From the IMG/VR virus record IMGVR_UViG_3300008107_000029, positions 32,833-96,832 of that record: a DNA stretch of 64,000 nt; one strand, given 5' to 3'. Position numbers and translations under genes: made by a program. Below the pieces are notes generated by a model. That model was not told where the DNA came from. It ran no database searches and was given only the letters and a program-made list of their open reading frames with translations. How positions within the stretch are numbered: position 1 is the stretch's first letter; every line of letters begins with the position of its first letter. The stretch comes from a virus. This document shows, in pieces, positions 63,079 to 64,000 of this stretch.

Positions 63079-63465
63079 TCATAATAGGCTAGAGCCGTTG
63101 CTTCTGTTCCAACGATCAACCGTTGCTTGCTCTTCTACGCTTCTTTGCTCTGGTACCTTAGCAAATGCTGCTGCAGGATAAGGCTCTCTTAGGTAGTCGT
63201 TATTAACTACATAGTCGCAGGTGATAGTCAAGTTTAACTGTGAAAAACTTGTATCTGCTGCAGTTCCATCAAATGCATAGTCTGCCAAGTTATCTTCTGA
63301 TATGTTAGTTTGATCTGCTCTTATTGATCTAAAGGTAATATCTGGTCTACTTGCTGAAGTATACTTATTGACTAGGGTTGCTGAGTCATCAAATCTATTC
63401 AACACATCAATCATCCAGTCTACAATTGGGTAGGTTCTGTCTGGTGCTCCTGTAACGCTAAACAA
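63079..63465 (-). CDS. tail terminator-like protein, apparently N-terminally truncated
   Basis: D.LNRFD.SA..VN motif, upstream of major tail; only a TTG start without SD. Confidence 0.5.
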   Translation of the reverse strand: MFSVTGAPDRTYPIVDWMIDVLNRFDDSATLVNKYTSASRPDITFRSIRADQTNISEDNLADYAFDGTAADTSFSQLNLTITCDYVVNNDYLREPYPAAAFAKVPEQRSVEEQATVDRWNRSNGSSLL

Positions 63466-64000
63466 TACTCTTGCTTTCTTTAAACCATAAAGGTCTTGTG
63501 TTCTTTGACATCTTTGCTGCTGGAGTAATGATTGCAGTTACTGCTCTCATCTGTGCTCTAGAGATAGATTTAAAGAATCCACCTTCAATCAAAGATAGGA
63601 TTGGTAGATTAGATCTAACCCATCCCTTGTAAATCTTTTCAAAAGATCCTTGAACTGAATCTCCACCAGGGTTTTGAACTACTACTGGATAAGGAGTAAA
63701 CACAGTTTCTCCGTCAACTTCAAAAACTAAAACTGATCCATTCTTTGGAGATATTGTAATTGGTCTTCCCAATTCCATAACTGCTGCTTTGTTAGTAAAT
63801 ATTTGAGAAGATCCTCTTGATGGTTTCATTGAAGGCAAGAAAGAAAAAGACAAGACTCCTTTTGATACTACTGGTCTAAACAGTCTTGCACTTGAACTTC
63901 CAGTTTCATCCCATTCGTAAACGTGATGTAAAGAGTCTGGATTAATCATTGCTTGGGCATCTGCATATTCTGCAAAAGAATCACCAATCATTCTTAATGC
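63458..64000 (-). CDS. neck / head-tail joining protein (5' end outside window)
   Basis: P.SLHHVYEW..TG...ARLF, F.NKA.VME.G, V.NPGG; frame open to base 64000. Confidence 0.65.
   Translation of the reverse strand, partial: ALRMIGDSFAEYADAQAMINPDSLHHVYEWDETGSSSARLFRPVVSKGVLSFSFLPSMKPSRGSSQIFTNKAAVMELGRPITISPKNGSVLVFEVDGETVFTPYPVVVQNPGGDSVQGSFEKIYKGWVRSNLPILSLIEGGFFKSISRAQMRAVTAIITPAAKMSKNTRPLWFKESKSIV

Noticed and set aside
1-64000. Stop-codon reassignment
   Set aside because: Long conserved genes are intact in the standard code, and TAA, TAG and TGA all end genes at tight junctions.

Overview
This 64 kb window is part of a large, AT-rich tailed dsDNA phage genome (siphovirus-type tail). Essentially all real genes lie on the minus strand and the standard genetic code is used. 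WhiB, a small actinobacterial CxxC...CGHH protein and several leaderless promoters point to an actinobacterial host, plausibly a low-GC freshwater lineage (inference). In transcription order (high to low coordinates) the modules are: (1) neck and tail genes (major tail, tail assembly chaperone pair with a CCCAAAT -1 frameshift, 2085-aa tape measure, distal and minor tail proteins, fibre); (2) replication and recombination (DnaB, primase, SSB, DnaE, MazG-like, RecA, Cas4-like exonuclease, RuvC); (3) terminase; (4) an accessory lysis/host-surface region (M23 peptidase, PA14 stalk protein, holin-like, secreted surface protein, CHAP endolysin, tRNA-Asp, two HNH genes, thioredoxin); (5) large virion fibre genes followed directly by three 2OG-Fe(II) oxygenases, a GT60-like glycosyltransferase and a conserved beta-rich protein; (6) WhiB and a GuaB-like gene cut by the window edge. 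Best candidates for new biology: a putative fibre hydroxylation/glycosylation operon beside a Gly/Pro-rich protein with a mirror-symmetric repeat insert; a 110-nt promoter-driven structured RNA in front of the endolysin; cargo domains in the tape measure bracketed by a repeated GG..GE.V motif; nested (Russian-doll) domains in the 2273-aa fibre protein; and AUU start codons. All family assignments come from reading motifs by eye; no searches were run.
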